A stretch of DNA of 64,000 bases, taken from NCBI GenBank assembly GCA_035575715.1, contig DATLXN010000045.1, forward strand, positions 74,523 to 138,522, read 5' to 3'. The stretch is from Vicinamibacterales bacterium (GTDB lineage Bacteria > Acidobacteriota > Vicinamibacteria > Vicinamibacterales > UBA2999). Every line of letters starts with the position of its first letter. The stretch's first letter is position 1. The translations under genes were made by a program, and so were the position numbers. Positions 29,399 through 40,049 of the stretch are shown piece by piece. Under the pieces are notes generated by a model that saw only the letters and a list, made by a program, of their open reading frames with translations, ran no database searches and was not told the origin of the DNA.

Positions 29399-29844
29399 CC
29401 CTTATCGTACGGGGTACCGACGTATGCCGGATCCTGTTCGACCCGCATGATCATCGTCGTGAACATGAACTGCATCGTGTAACGGCCGTCGGCCTGCCGC
29501 GTCACCATCAGTTGCTGGCGATTCTTGACGTGCCAGTCATAGAGGTCCATGAACACGGCGTTGCCAATCTCGATGAAGTCTGGAAACTTCTGGTTCCCGC
29601 GCAGGAAGATCGTCATCTGCTCGCGCACTTTTCCGACAAAGCCGTGCGATAGCGAGGAGGTCAGGTGTGCGTTGCGCAACACCCCTTCGATGTTGGCGAT
29701 CTGTTTGGCGATTTCGCGCTGCCCTTCGCGATCGGCTTGCGGTTGTTCGACTTCGGCGGGCGCAGCGTCGGCCGGTGTGGCCGCTATCGGCGCGGCAAGC
29801 CCTCCGGCCACTCCGGCGGTGAGTAATTCGCGACGTGAAAGCAT
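29395..29844 (-). CDS. Tat-signal hypothetical protein
   Basis: MLSRRELLTAGVAGGLAAPIAATPADA leader. No recognisable domain. Its stop overlaps the convergent aminotransferase stop (TTAA). Confidence 0.6.
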   Translation of the reverse strand: MLSRRELLTAGVAGGLAAPIAATPADAAPAEVEQPQADREGQREIAKQIANIEGVLRNAHLTSSLSHGFVGKVREQMTIFLRGNQKFPDFIEIGNAVFMDLYDWHVKNRQQLMVTRQADGRYTMQFMFTTMIMRVEQDPAYVGTPYDKG

Positions 29845-30066
29845 CGGGACCTCCAGGGGTTACGGCGTACAGACGACGCGCAGGCAGGGAAAGTCGACGT
29901 TGGCCCGGGCTGATCCTACGCACAATTAGCCGTCCGCGAACCGTGCCGTCCCAATTTCGGTCAATGTTCCGCTCGTGGGCTAACGCCCTCTCCGGGTAAG
30001 TCGCTGTAGCGACAGGAGATCCCACTCGCTGCGCGCTGGCACGTGGTTAGCCTGCAAAACGGCATC

Positions 30067-32592
30067 ATGTCCACCCTCTCGCAAGATGTGCGCTACGCGT
30101 TCCGAACCCTTGAACGCACGCCCGGATTCTCGTTCATCGTGATTCTGACCCTCGGTCTTGGCATTGGCGCCAACACCGCGATCTTTTCCTTGATGGACCA
30201 GGTGCTGCTGCGTCTGCTGCCGGTGAAGAACCCGCACGAGCTCGTGCAACTGGATGGCCCAGGCCCGTTCAGCGGCCGAACCGAGAACGACCGGACGTTC
30301 TCCCATCCGATGTATGTCGACTTTCGCGATCGTAACGATGTGTTCAGCGGCCTGGTCGCGCAATTTGGCGCCAGCGCGACCCTGACTCAGCGAGGCCAGG
30401 CCGAACGCGTCGACGCGGTTCTGGTTTCCGGCAATACCTTCGACGTGATGGGGGTCGGTCCTGTCGTGGGCCGCGCGCTGTCGGCTGACGATGACCGCAC
30501 TCCAGGTGCGCACCCGGTCACCGTCCTCAGCTACAACTATTGGCAGCGGCGGTTCGCCGGATCGCCCGCCGTCCTGAATCAGGTCGTGACGATCAACAGC
30601 ACACCGATGACGATTGTCGGTGTCGCGCCCAAAGGCTTTGCCGGGATCGCGGCGACGCAGTCGCCTGATTTGTTCATCCCGCTGATGATGAAGGCGCAGA
30701 TCACGCCGACGTGGAATGACCTCGACAACCGCCGCAGCCGCTGGCTGAACGTGATCGGCCGCCTCAAGCCAGGGCTCGACCCCGCGACCGCCAAGGCCCG
30801 GCTCGATGTCGTCTACGCGCAGATCAACGAGTCGGAATTAACCGAGGTGCCGGCGTTCGCTGCCGCGTCACAGGGCTTCAAGGATCGTTTCCGCGCGAAG
30901 AAGATCACCCTCCATCCGGCTGGTCAGGGCCTATCAGACCTGCGGCAAAGGGTGACCACGCCGCTGCTGGTGTTGATGGCGATGGTCGGACTGGTACTGC
31001 TCATCGCGTGCGCTAACGTCGCAAATCTGCTGCTCAGCCGTGCGACGGCGCGCCAGAAAGAGATCGCGGTGCGGCTGGCACTCGGCGCCGCGCGTGGACG
31101 GTTGATTCGCCAGACGCTGACCGAAAGCCTGGTCCTTGCTGGGGCTGGCGGTATCGTCGGATTGGTCTTCTCAATCTGGGTCGGCGACCTGTTGCTCAGC
31201 GTGATGCCCTCTGAAAGCTTCACGCGTTCGCTGTCAACGGAACCGGACCTGCGCGTGGGCCTGTTTACTGCTGGTCTGGCGCTCGCGACGGCGGTGCTGT
31301 TCGGCTTGATTCCAGCCTTGCAGTCGTCGAAGCCGCAGTTGAATCGCACGCTGCGACAAGAGGCCGGCAATCTATCTGGCGGCACCCACCATGCGCGGTT
31401 CAGGAAAGGCCTGGTCGTCGCGCAGGTCGCGTTATCGATGTTGTTAGTGGCCGGCGCGGGCTTGTTTGCGCGCAGCCTCTACAACATGAAAACGCTCGAT
31501 ACGGGCGTCAACGCCGACAACCTCGTGACGTTCCGCGTCGCCCCGGCGCTGAACGGCTACGACCAGCTCCGGATCAAGCGCTTTTACGACGACTTGCTGC
31601 GCGAGGTGCGTCAAATCCCGGGAGTGGTGTCGGCGTCGGTGGCCCAAGTCGCCGCACTGACCGGGAGCGCCAATCAGCGCACGGTGCAAGTTCAGGGCTA
31701 CCAACCCAAACCAGACGAGAACATGAACCCGTGGACCAATGAGATCGCGCCGGACTATTTCCGCACGATGGGGTTACCGCTCCGGATGGGACGCGAGTTC
31801 AGCGAACGCGACGCCGCGGGCGCGCCTCTCGTGGCGATCGTCAACGAATCGTTTGCGAAGTATTACTTTCCCAATCAGAGTCCGATCGGGCAGCGCTTCG
31901 GGTTCCGGGTGATGAATAACCCTGCCGCGGTGGAAATCGTCGGCGTCGTCAGCGATGCGCTGTATGCAGACATGCGGCAGGGCACCACCGCTCAACAGAA
32001 TGAAACACCGCGATTCGTGTATACGCCGTTCCACCAAAGCAGCGAACTCAATGAGATGACCGTCTACGTCCGAACGACGGGCGGGACGGCTGACGAGATC
32101 AACGAGCAGTTGCAGCAGGTGGTCCGTCGCGCTGACCCGTCAATGCCGATCTTCGAAATGCAGAGCATGGAGCAGACCGTCGACGAGGCGCTGTTCAACG
32201 AGCGGATGCTGGCGTTGCTGTCGGCGTCGTTTGGCTCACTCGCGACCGTGCTGGCGGCGATTGGTCTCTACGGGGTGATGTCGTACACCGTGTCGCGCCG
32301 GACGCGCGAGATCGGCATTCGGATCGCGCTCGGCGCCGAACGAAAGACCGTCGTCTGGCTGGTGCTGCGCGAGGTGGCGATGCTGACGGTCGTCGGCATC
32401 GGCTTGGGAGTGCCAGGCGCGCTGGCGTTGAGCCGCCTCGTGCGGTCACAGTTGTTCGGAATCGAGCCCTCCGACCCGCTCACGCTGGCGATCGCGGCCG
32501 TGACGCTCGCCGCGGTCGGGCTGCTTGCCGGCTACATTCCCGCCCGCCGCGCGGCGAGCGTGCAGCCAGTGCTGGCGCTTCGCTATGAATAA
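30067..32592 (+). CDS. ADOP-family duplicated MacB/FtsX-like permease
   Basis: Hallmark N-terminus MSTLSQDVRYAFRTLERTPGFSFIVILTLGLGIGANTAIFS. Two MacB_PCD + FtsX modules. No adjacent ATPase. Confidence 0.9.
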   Translation: MSTLSQDVRYAFRTLERTPGFSFIVILTLGLGIGANTAIFSLMDQVLLRLLPVKNPHELVQLDGPGPFSGRTENDRTFSHPMYVDFRDRNDVFSGLVAQFGASATLTQRGQAERVDAVLVSGNTFDVMGVGPVVGRALSADDDRTPGAHPVTVLSYNYWQRRFAGSPAVLNQVVTINSTPMTIVGVAPKGFAGIAATQSPDLFIPLMMKAQITPTWNDLDNRRSRWLNVIGRLKPGLDPATAKARLDVVYAQINESELTEVPAFAAASQGFKDRFRAKKITLHPAGQGLSDLRQRVTTPLLVLMAMVGLVLLIACANVANLLLSRATARQKEIAVRLALGAARGRLIRQTLTESLVLAGAGGIVGLVFSIWVGDLLLSVMPSESFTRSLSTEPDLRVGLFTAGLALATAVLFGLIPALQSSKPQLNRTLRQEAGNLSGGTHHARFRKGLVVAQVALSMLLVAGAGLFARSLYNMKTLDTGVNADNLVTFRVAPALNGYDQLRIKRFYDDLLREVRQIPGVVSASVAQVAALTGSANQRTVQVQGYQPKPDENMNPWTNEIAPDYFRTMGLPLRMGREFSERDAAGAPLVAIVNESFAKYYFPNQSPIGQRFGFRVMNNPAAVEIVGVVSDALYADMRQGTTAQQNETPRFVYTPFHQSSELNEMTVYVRTTGGTADEINEQLQQVVRRADPSMPIFEMQSMEQTVDEALFNERMLALLSASFGSLATVLAAIGLYGVMSYTVSRRTREIGIRIALGAERKTVVWLVLREVAMLTVVGIGLGVPGALALSRLVRSQLFGIEPSDPLTLAIAAVTLAAVGLLAGYIPARRAASVQPVLALRYE

Positions 32593-32646
32593 CCGAACAA
32601 AGGGGTCTCAGAGACCCAGCGTCAGGTCGTTGGTGCACAATGGCGC

Positions 32647-35241
32647 ATGCGCTTCTTGTGCGTGTTCGCTATTCTGTCCGCTCTGACCGATCTCGCTTCC
32701 GCCCAGACCGCCCAGCCGGGTGCCGGCATTCCGCTGACGGTCGCCGACGCGCGCGCGGCGCGGATTTCGGATCTGCGCTATCGGCTCGACCTGACGATCC
32801 CGGAACTGGTCAGCGAGCCGGTGCGCGGGACTAACGCGATCACGTTCAACCTCTCCTCCGCCGCCGACCCTCTCGTCATCGACTTCGCCACCAGCCGCGA
32901 ACACGTCCACAGCATCACCGTCAACGGGGGCGCGACGGACGTATCCTGGGTCAACGGTCACATCGTCATCCCCGCCGCGACCCTCAAGACCGGCGCCAAT
33001 CAGATCGTTATCGCGTTCAACGCCGGCGACGCCTCGCTCAATCGCAATCCTGACTTCCTCTACGCGCTGTTCGTACCGGCTCGCGCGCATCTTGCGCTGC
33101 CGGTGTTCGACCAACCCAATCTGAAGGCGCGATGGTCTCTCGAGTTGACTGTTCCGCGGGCCTGGCAAGCGGTCAGCAACGGCGCCGAACTGCGAGCGTC
33201 GCTCGGCGGGTGGGTGGCTCCGGACGGCTCGGAGCGGACGTTTCGAACGATCACGTTTGCGGAAACCCAGCCGCTCTCGACGTATCTCTTCTCCTTCGTC
33301 GCCGGCGATTTCAAAGTCGAGACCGCGGAGCGGAAGGGCCGCACGTTCCGGATGTTTCATCGCGAAAACGACGCCGCCAAGGTGGCACGCAACCGCGATG
33401 CGATTTTCGATCTCCATGCGCGGGCGCTGGCCTACATGGAGGACTACGCCGCCATCCCCTACCCCTTCGGCAAATTTGATTTCGTCTTAATCCCGGCCTT
33501 CCAGTTTGGCGGCATGGAGCACGCCGGCAAGATTCTCTACAACGCATCGGGGCTGATGCTCGATGAATCAGCAACGCAGAACCAGCATCTCGGCCGCGCC
33601 TCGGTGATCGCCCATGAAACCGCGCACATGTGGTTTGGCGATCTGGTGACGATGCGCTGGTTCAATGATGTGTGGATGAAGGAGGTCTTCGCCAATTTCA
33701 TGGCCGCGAAGATCGTCAACCCGTCATTCCCCGAGGTCAACCACCAGCTGCGCTTCCTGCTGTCGCACTACCCTGCCGCCTATGAAGTCGATCGCACACC
33801 CGGTGCCAACGCGATCCGGCAGTCACTCGATAATCTCAACGAAGCCGGGAGTCTCTACGGCGCGATCATTTATCAAAAGGCGCCGGTGATCATGCGTCAC
33901 CTCGAGCATCTGCTTGGGGAGACGTCGTTTCGCGACGGCCTGCGCGATTACTTAAAGACCTATGCCTTCGGCAACGCGACCTGGTCGGACCTGATCGCCA
34001 TCCTCGACGCGCGCACTCCGACCGATTTGGTGCGCTGGAGCCGCGCCTGGGTCGAAGAGCCCGGGCGGCCCGAGATCACGACTGAAGTGGAGGTTGACGA
34101 AGACAAGATTGTGCGTCTGGCGTTTCGCCAGCGCGACCCGTGGCAGAAGAAACGCCTTTGGCCGCAGGAGCTGCGAGTCATTCTTGGCTATCCCGGCCGC
34201 GTCGAAACAATCACTGTGCCGTTCGATGGCGAGGTCGCCGAAGTTCCTCAAGCTGCCTTCATGTCCGCCCCGCTTTATATTCTGCCGGTCGCCGGCGGCT
34301 GGTCGTATGGCGGATTCACTCTCGACCGGGCGTCGCTCAGCTATCTGACCACGTCGCTGCCCGAGCTTCCAGATCCCGTGACCCGCGGCGCCGCATGGGT
34401 GACGCTGTGGGACGCACTGCTCGAGCATACGGTGCCCCCGAAAGTTTTTGTGCGACTGGCGATGCAGGCATTGCCTCGCGAATCCGACGAACAGCTCCGT
34501 CAGCGCGTGCTCGGCTATCTGAATAACGCGTGGTGGCGTTTCCTCAGCGCCGGTGAGCGCGAAACGCGCGTCGCGGGCCTCGAACAACTGCTGCGCGACG
34601 GTCTGGCCGGTGCGTCGACGCCCGGACAGAAGTCGGCGTGGTTCAGCACGCTGCGTAACGTCGCGCAAACCCCGGCCACCATCGCCTGGCTGCGCCGCGT
34701 CTGGGATCGACAAGAACAGGTCGCTGGCCTGCCGCTGGCGGAAGCGGATTACATTGCCCTCGCGCAAGAGCTCGCGGTTCGCGAAGTGGATGGTTGGCGG
34801 GACCTGCTGGCGAGCCAGTTGGCGCGGACACAAAATCCTGACCGCAAGGCACGCTTTGCGTTTGTGATCCCGGCGCTCTCCGCCGATCCGGCCGAACGCG
34901 ACCGCTGGTTCCAGTCTCTGCGCGACGTCAACAACCGTCGCCGCGAACCGTGGGTCCTTGACGGACTCGGTTACTTGCACCATCCGCTGCGTGCCGAGTC
35001 CTCGGCCCAATACGTCAAGCCGTCGCTCGATCTGTTATGGGAGATTCAAAAGACCGGTGACATCTTTTTTCCCAAACGATGGCTCGATGCCACGCTGTCC
35101 GGCCACCGGGATCCGGCAGTCGCCGCCGCGGTGCGTGCGTTCCTGGCGCAGCTGCCCGTCGACTACCCCACTCGCTTGCGCAACATCACGTTGCAGTCGG
35201 CTGACGAATTGTTCAGCGCCGCCGAAGGAGTACGTCGATGA
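32647..35241 (+). CDS. M1-family zinc aminopeptidase (aminopeptidase N-like), secreted
   Basis: GGMEHAG (GxMEN-type) and HETAHMWFGDLVTMRWFNDVWMKE (HExxH-18-E). Signal peptide. Confidence 0.9.
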   Translation: MRFLCVFAILSALTDLASAQTAQPGAGIPLTVADARAARISDLRYRLDLTIPELVSEPVRGTNAITFNLSSAADPLVIDFATSREHVHSITVNGGATDVSWVNGHIVIPAATLKTGANQIVIAFNAGDASLNRNPDFLYALFVPARAHLALPVFDQPNLKARWSLELTVPRAWQAVSNGAELRASLGGWVAPDGSERTFRTITFAETQPLSTYLFSFVAGDFKVETAERKGRTFRMFHRENDAAKVARNRDAIFDLHARALAYMEDYAAIPYPFGKFDFVLIPAFQFGGMEHAGKILYNASGLMLDESATQNQHLGRASVIAHETAHMWFGDLVTMRWFNDVWMKEVFANFMAAKIVNPSFPEVNHQLRFLLSHYPAAYEVDRTPGANAIRQSLDNLNEAGSLYGAIIYQKAPVIMRHLEHLLGETSFRDGLRDYLKTYAFGNATWSDLIAILDARTPTDLVRWSRAWVEEPGRPEITTEVEVDEDKIVRLAFRQRDPWQKKRLWPQELRVILGYPGRVETITVPFDGEVAEVPQAAFMSAPLYILPVAGGWSYGGFTLDRASLSYLTTSLPELPDPVTRGAAWVTLWDALLEHTVPPKVFVRLAMQALPRESDEQLRQRVLGYLNNAWWRFLSAGERETRVAGLEQLLRDGLAGASTPGQKSAWFSTLRNVAQTPATIAWLRRVWDRQEQVAGLPLAEADYIALAQELAVREVDGWRDLLASQLARTQNPDRKARFAFVIPALSADPAERDRWFQSLRDVNNRRREPWVLDGLGYLHHPLRAESSAQYVKPSLDLLWEIQKTGDIFFPKRWLDATLSGHRDPAVAAAVRAFLAQLPVDYPTRLRNITLQSADELFSAAEGVRR

Positions 35242-36440
35242 CGATGACCCGCGTGTTAGTTGTGTTGCTGACGATGGCGTGCGTCGTGCCCGGAGTGGCA
35301 CAGACGCCTGCACCGATCACGATCCGCGCCGCTCGATTGATTGATGGACGCGGACAGACCCTGCAGAATGTGACGGTCACTGTCCGCGGCAGCAAGATCG
35401 AACGCGTGACGCCGGAACCTGGCGTGGTCACACACGACCTCCCGACGCTGACCCTGTTGCCGGGATTTATCGACACCCATGTGCATATCGGCTGGCATTT
35501 CGGACCGGACGGCCGCTACTTCAGCGGCCGTGAGCCGGCCGAAGACGCGGCCCTCTATGGCGCTGAGAACGCCTTCCTCACCCTGATGGCCGGGTTCACC
35601 ACCGTGCAGAGTGTCGGCGCGGCGTCAGACAAACCGCTGCGCGACGCGATCGCGCGCGGCGTGCTGCCTGGGCCGCGCATCCTCACGTCATTGAGCTCGA
35701 TCGGCAATGCCCAATTGACGCCGGAGCAGATGCGCGACGAAGTCCGCAAGCGCAAGGCGGACGGCGCCGACCTGATCAAGATCTTTGCCTCGGCCAGCAT
35801 TCGTGACGGCGGCACGCCGACCTTGTCGCAGGAGCAACTCGATGCCGCCTGCGGCGAGTCACGCGCCCAGGGTCTGCGCTCGATGGTCCACGCCCACAGC
35901 GCCGAAGCGATGATGCGCGCCGCCCGTGCTAACTGCACGGTCGTCGAACATGGCGCCCTGGCCACGCCGGAAGCATTCAAGCTGATGGCCGAGCGCGGCA
36001 CCTGGTTCGACCCAAACATCGGCCTGGTCACACAGAACTATCTCGAGAATAAGAGCCGCTTTCTCGGCGTCGGCAATTACACCGAGGAAGGATTTGCGGC
36101 GATGGAGAAAGCGCTCGGTGTGAAGAGCGCGATGTTTGGCGCTGCCCTGAAGACGCCGGGGCTCAAGATGGTGATGGGCACTGATGCGGTCGCTGGCGCA
36201 CACGGTCGCAACATCAATGAAACGCTCGAACGGATCAAAGAAGGGCAACGGCCGATGGATGCAATTATCGCGATGACTTCGGCCGCCGCCGCGTCGATGT
36301 CGCTCGACAAGGAGCTGGGTGCGATCGCGCCGGGCCTCGAAGCGGACCTGGTCGCCGTCGACGGCGACCCGCTCACCGATCCCTCGGCGTTGTCACGCGT
36401 GCGATTCGTAATGAAGGGCGGACGGGTTTACAAGCGTTGA
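35238..36440 (+). CDS. Secreted amidohydrolase (metal-dependent hydrolase superfamily)
   Basis: PGFIDTHVHIG near the N-terminus. VHAHS. GTDAV. ADLVAVDGDPL...V..VMKGG tail. ATGA overlap with the upstream gene. Confidence 0.85.
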   Translation: MTMTRVLVVLLTMACVVPGVAQTPAPITIRAARLIDGRGQTLQNVTVTVRGSKIERVTPEPGVVTHDLPTLTLLPGFIDTHVHIGWHFGPDGRYFSGREPAEDAALYGAENAFLTLMAGFTTVQSVGAASDKPLRDAIARGVLPGPRILTSLSSIGNAQLTPEQMRDEVRKRKADGADLIKIFASASIRDGGTPTLSQEQLDAACGESRAQGLRSMVHAHSAEAMMRAARANCTVVEHGALATPEAFKLMAERGTWFDPNIGLVTQNYLENKSRFLGVGNYTEEGFAAMEKALGVKSAMFGAALKTPGLKMVMGTDAVAGAHGRNINETLERIKEGQRPMDAIIAMTSAAAASMSLDKELGAIAPGLEADLVAVDGDPLTDPSALSRVRFVMKGGRVYKR

Positions 36441-37495
36441 AGCCGTCGTCGCCTGCCGTTGTGGCCACGTTGCTGGTGGCTGTGTCGCTCGCGGTGCCTG
36501 TCGGCGCGACGCAAGCAGCTGTCACCCTCCGCTCGTACTTGGCTCGAGCGGTGACGCTGACTGAGGCTGAATTTGCCGCCATCGATAGCGGGCGCCCGAT
36601 CAACAAGGTCCTCGCCCCGCGCAGTGGTCCGGAAATTTTTGTGCTTGGCGTCGTCCGGGTCATCGCGCCGCCCGCGGTGTATGTGGCACGGGCGCTGAAT
36701 CCGGCTCACTTGATGGACTTACCCGGCTATCGCGGCACCGGCGTCATCGGCGACCCGGCAACGACCGACCAGTTGGCCGGCTTTACGCTCGAGCCCGAGG
36801 ACCTTGTCGAGGCTCGCGATTGCAAACCGGCGGATTGCGCGGTGCAATTCCCTACCACCGTCATGCAGGATGTGCGGGCGGCGGCAGGCAATCCCAATCC
36901 GGCAACCGCAGCGGCGCAGGCCAATCATCGCGTGCAGCAGATGGCGGCTGATCTGGTGCGCGACTACCGGATGCGCGGCAACGAGGCGCTGCCGGTTTTC
37001 ACCGACGACAGCAGGCCGTCGTCCACTCGTGATCAATTTGGCGGCTTGATGCACCGCTTCGTGGCCTGGTCGCTGGCGCCGCCGGAGCTGATCCGCGTGC
37101 TCTACGAATATCCCAAAGCCGGGATCGCACTTCCGGGATTGGCATCGGTCTTTTCGTGGGAGAAGGTTGAATTTGGACTGAAGCCGACACTGCGAGTGAC
37201 TCACACCATTGCCTATACCCCGCACGCGTCAAGCGGATTGGGTTGCGCGGTGGCGATCAAGCAGTTGTATTCCAGCCACTACATGCGTGCCGCGATCGAC
37301 TTTACCGCGTGCGTCAATGCGCCCGACGTCAATGGGCGACCTTCGTTTTATCTCGTCGCAGTCAAAGGTTCGCGGCAGGAGAACATTACGGGCCTGACCG
37401 GCTCGCTGATCCGCCGTATCGTCGTCAGCCGCACGCGGACGGCGCAGGATGGCGCGTTGACGAGGCTCAAGAACGCGCTGGAGAAGGCGCGCTGA
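36437..37495 (+). CDS. Secreted hypothetical protein
   Basis: Signal peptide. 352 aa. No motif recognised. 4-nt overlap with the upstream gene. Confidence 0.55.
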   Translation: MKPSSPAVVATLLVAVSLAVPVGATQAAVTLRSYLARAVTLTEAEFAAIDSGRPINKVLAPRSGPEIFVLGVVRVIAPPAVYVARALNPAHLMDLPGYRGTGVIGDPATTDQLAGFTLEPEDLVEARDCKPADCAVQFPTTVMQDVRAAAGNPNPATAAAQANHRVQQMAADLVRDYRMRGNEALPVFTDDSRPSSTRDQFGGLMHRFVAWSLAPPELIRVLYEYPKAGIALPGLASVFSWEKVEFGLKPTLRVTHTIAYTPHASSGLGCAVAIKQLYSSHYMRAAIDFTACVNAPDVNGRPSFYLVAVKGSRQENITGLTGSLIRRIVVSRTRTAQDGALTRLKNALEKAR

Positions 37496-37524
37496 GGCAA
37501 TGAGTTGGTTCCGCGAGGACCCGA

Positions 37525-38799
37525 TCACTGAACGAGCGCGCCACCTTTCATCACCAGCTTGACCTTGCGCAACGCCGAGATGTCTTTCGTGGGATCGCCC
37601 TCGACAGCGATCAAGTCAGCGAGCAAACCCGCCTTGACGCTGCCCAGCCGGTTCTCGAGATGAAACAGCCGCGCATTGACTGATGTCGCCGACTGCAACG
37701 CCTGCAGCGGGCGCATGCCGTAGTCGACCATCAGTTCCAGTTCGCGGACGTTGTCGCCGTGCGCATAGACGCCAACATCGCCGCCGAAGCAGATCGTGAC
37801 GCCGGCATCGAGCGCCGCTTTGAAGCTGACCCGCTTGGCCGCGATCCGCGCCGGCTCCGGCGCACTGCCCTTCTTCCACCCGCCGTATTGCGACGTGGCA
37901 TCGCCGGCAGCGAGCGTCGGGCAGAGCCCGACGCCCCGCTCGACCATCAGTTTCCACGTTGACGCGTCGCCAGAGTCGCCATGCTCAATGGTTTCGACGC
38001 CCGCCTGAACCGCACGACGTATGCCTTCGACGGTCGACGCATGCGCGACGACCGGACGTCCGCTGCTGCGTGCAACTTCGACGATGCGGCGGAGTTCGTC
38101 TTCGGTGAAGGTCGGGCGCGTCTCGCCGTTCGGGCCCCAGCGATAGTCGGCATACACTTTGATGAAATCGGCGCCGCGGCCCATCTGCTGACGCGCGACG
38201 CGGGTGACATCGCCCAACCCACTCGCCTCTTCGGCACCTTGCGGTACGGTCCACTCCGGCGCATAACCCTTGGGGCCGTAACTGCCCGTCGCGACCATCG
38301 CTGGACCGGCAACCAGCATGCGCGGGCCCGGGATCACGCCTTCATCGATGGCGCGCTTCAATCCCACGTCGGCGTACCCGGCCCCCTCGCTGCCAAGATC
38401 ACGCACCGTCGTCACGCCAGCCTTCAAGGTTTTCTCGGCGTGCACCACGCCGCGCGCCACGCGATACGCCAACGGCTCACGCGCCACCTGATCGTTCCAG
38501 GACGTCTCATTGTAGGGATGCAGCAACAGGTGGGAATGCCCTTCGATCATGCCGGGCATCAGCGTCGACGCCGCAAGAGCGATGGTTCGTGCGTTGGCCG
38601 GCACTGTGATCGTGGCCGCCGGCCCTGCGGCCACGATGCGTTCGCCCTGCACGACGACCAGCCATCCGCTATGCAGTGCCACGCCGTCGAAGACACGCTC
38701 AGGCTGCAGGACGATCGCCGCAGCTTCCTGCCCGCGCAGCCTGGCCGGCAGCGCGACGATCAGCGCGAGGGTAAGAAGCAAAGAAGCGAGGATGCGCAT
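37525..38799 (-). CDS. Secreted amidohydrolase
   Basis: PGMIEGHSHLL, VVAHA, IEHG, ADLIAVEGDP...VKLVMKGG. Paralogous pattern to 35238..36440. Confidence 0.85.
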   Translation of the reverse strand: MRILASLLLTLALIVALPARLRGQEAAAIVLQPERVFDGVALHSGWLVVVQGERIVAAGPAATITVPANARTIALAASTLMPGMIEGHSHLLLHPYNETSWNDQVAREPLAYRVARGVVHAEKTLKAGVTTVRDLGSEGAGYADVGLKRAIDEGVIPGPRMLVAGPAMVATGSYGPKGYAPEWTVPQGAEEASGLGDVTRVARQQMGRGADFIKVYADYRWGPNGETRPTFTEDELRRIVEVARSSGRPVVAHASTVEGIRRAVQAGVETIEHGDSGDASTWKLMVERGVGLCPTLAAGDATSQYGGWKKGSAPEPARIAAKRVSFKAALDAGVTICFGGDVGVYAHGDNVRELELMVDYGMRPLQALQSATSVNARLFHLENRLGSVKAGLLADLIAVEGDPTKDISALRKVKLVMKGGALVQ

Positions 38800-38839
38800 G
38801 GTGCGTTATATTGCCACGGGTGGGAGTTGTTCGTTCCCT

Positions 38840-40021
38840 ATGAAAAACAGCGCAGACGTAGTGATCATCGGCGGCGGATGCATGGGCGCGAGCGTCGCGC
38901 ACTACCTGGCAGAACGCGACGTCACCGACGTCATCCTTATCGAACGAGAGCCGCAGCTCGGCACCCAGTCAACCGGCCGCAACGCCGGCGGCTTCCGCCA
39001 CCAGTTCTCGCATCCGGCCAATATCGCGCTGTCCAAGGAATCGATCGCCGTCTTCGCCAATTTCGAGGAAGCGATCGGCTCGCCGATTGATTTCTGGCCT
39101 GATGGCTACCTGTTCCTGCTGTCGGAGCACGCGAGCGTCGAGGCCTTTCAGCGTAATGTCGAGTTGCAACGGCTCCACGGCATCCACGTCGACTGGCTGA
39201 CCGCGAGCGATGCGGCAGGGCTCTGCGCCGGCCTCAACGTCGACGGCGTGCGCGCCGCGACCTATTGCGCCGACGATGGCATTGCCGATCCGAACGGTGT
39301 TACGCAGGGATTCGCGCGCGCGGCGCAGGCGAAAGGCGTCGAGATCCGGCGCGGCGAAGAGGTCACCGGCCTGACTGTCGCACATGGCCGCATCACGGAG
39401 GTCCAGACCAGCGCCGGTCGCATCTCCACCTACAACGTGGTCAACGCCGCCGGTCCGTGGGCGTCGGCAATCGGCCGCATGGCCGGCTTGGACATTCCCG
39501 TCGTGCCCGAGCGGCGTCACATCTTTATTGCGCAAGCGCCTGGCGGCGGCAGTTGGGATGACCCGTCACACGCGGGCAAGGCACCGGCGTCACGACTGAT
39601 GGTGATCGATTTCGAATCGACCTTTTACTTTCACCGCGAAGGCGGCGGACTGCTGTTTGGGATGGGCGATCCCAACGAGCGGCCGGGCTTCGACATGACG
39701 GTGCGCTGGGACTTCCTGCCGCACGTCATTGAGGTGGCGATGCGCCGTCTACCCGCGCTGGCTGAGACTGCCGTTTCACACGCGTGGGCCGGTCTCTACG
39801 AGATGACCCCCGACCACAATCCAATCATTGGCCCCTCGGCCGCTGTCGACGGCTTCTTCAGCATCTGCGGCTTCAGCGGCCACGGCTTTCAGCATTCGCC
39901 GGCTGGTGGACGCATCCTCGCGGATTTGATCACCGGTCAGGACCCCGAACTCGACCTGGCCGCATTCGCGCACGACCGGTTCGCTCATGCGAAGCAGCAT
40001 GGCGAATTGAATGTGGTCTAA
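38840..40021 (+). CDS. FAD-dependent oxidoreductase (DAO family; sarcosine/glycine-oxidase-like)
   Basis: ADVVIIGGGCMGASVAHYLAE dinucleotide fold. Start at ATG 38840 with GGGAG upstream. The ORF-track start 38549 is antisense overlap. Confidence 0.85.
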   Translation: MKNSADVVIIGGGCMGASVAHYLAERDVTDVILIEREPQLGTQSTGRNAGGFRHQFSHPANIALSKESIAVFANFEEAIGSPIDFWPDGYLFLLSEHASVEAFQRNVELQRLHGIHVDWLTASDAAGLCAGLNVDGVRAATYCADDGIADPNGVTQGFARAAQAKGVEIRRGEEVTGLTVAHGRITEVQTSAGRISTYNVVNAAGPWASAIGRMAGLDIPVVPERRHIFIAQAPGGGSWDDPSHAGKAPASRLMVIDFESTFYFHREGGGLLFGMGDPNERPGFDMTVRWDFLPHVIEVAMRRLPALAETAVSHAWAGLYEMTPDHNPIIGPSAAVDGFFSICGFSGHGFQHSPAGGRILADLITGQDPELDLAAFAHDRFAHAKQHGELNVV

Positions 40022-40049
40022 ATCAGGGATCAGGGATCAGGCATCAGAA
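40022..40049. repeat. Tandem heptamer array ATCAGGG x2, ATCAGGC, ATCAGAA
   Basis: Starts 1 nt after TAA 40019..40021. It runs into the convergent stop at 40044..40046. Confidence 0.85.

Noticed and set aside
33952-35010. 352-aa ORF antisense to the M1 aminopeptidase
   Set aside because: No motifs and biased composition. The sense strand is unambiguous (HExxH-18-E).
37981-39090. 369-aa ORF spanning the amidohydrolase (antisense) and the start of the FAD oxidoreductase
   Set aside because: Arg/His-rich nonsense translation. Both real genes are recognisable on their own strands and frames.
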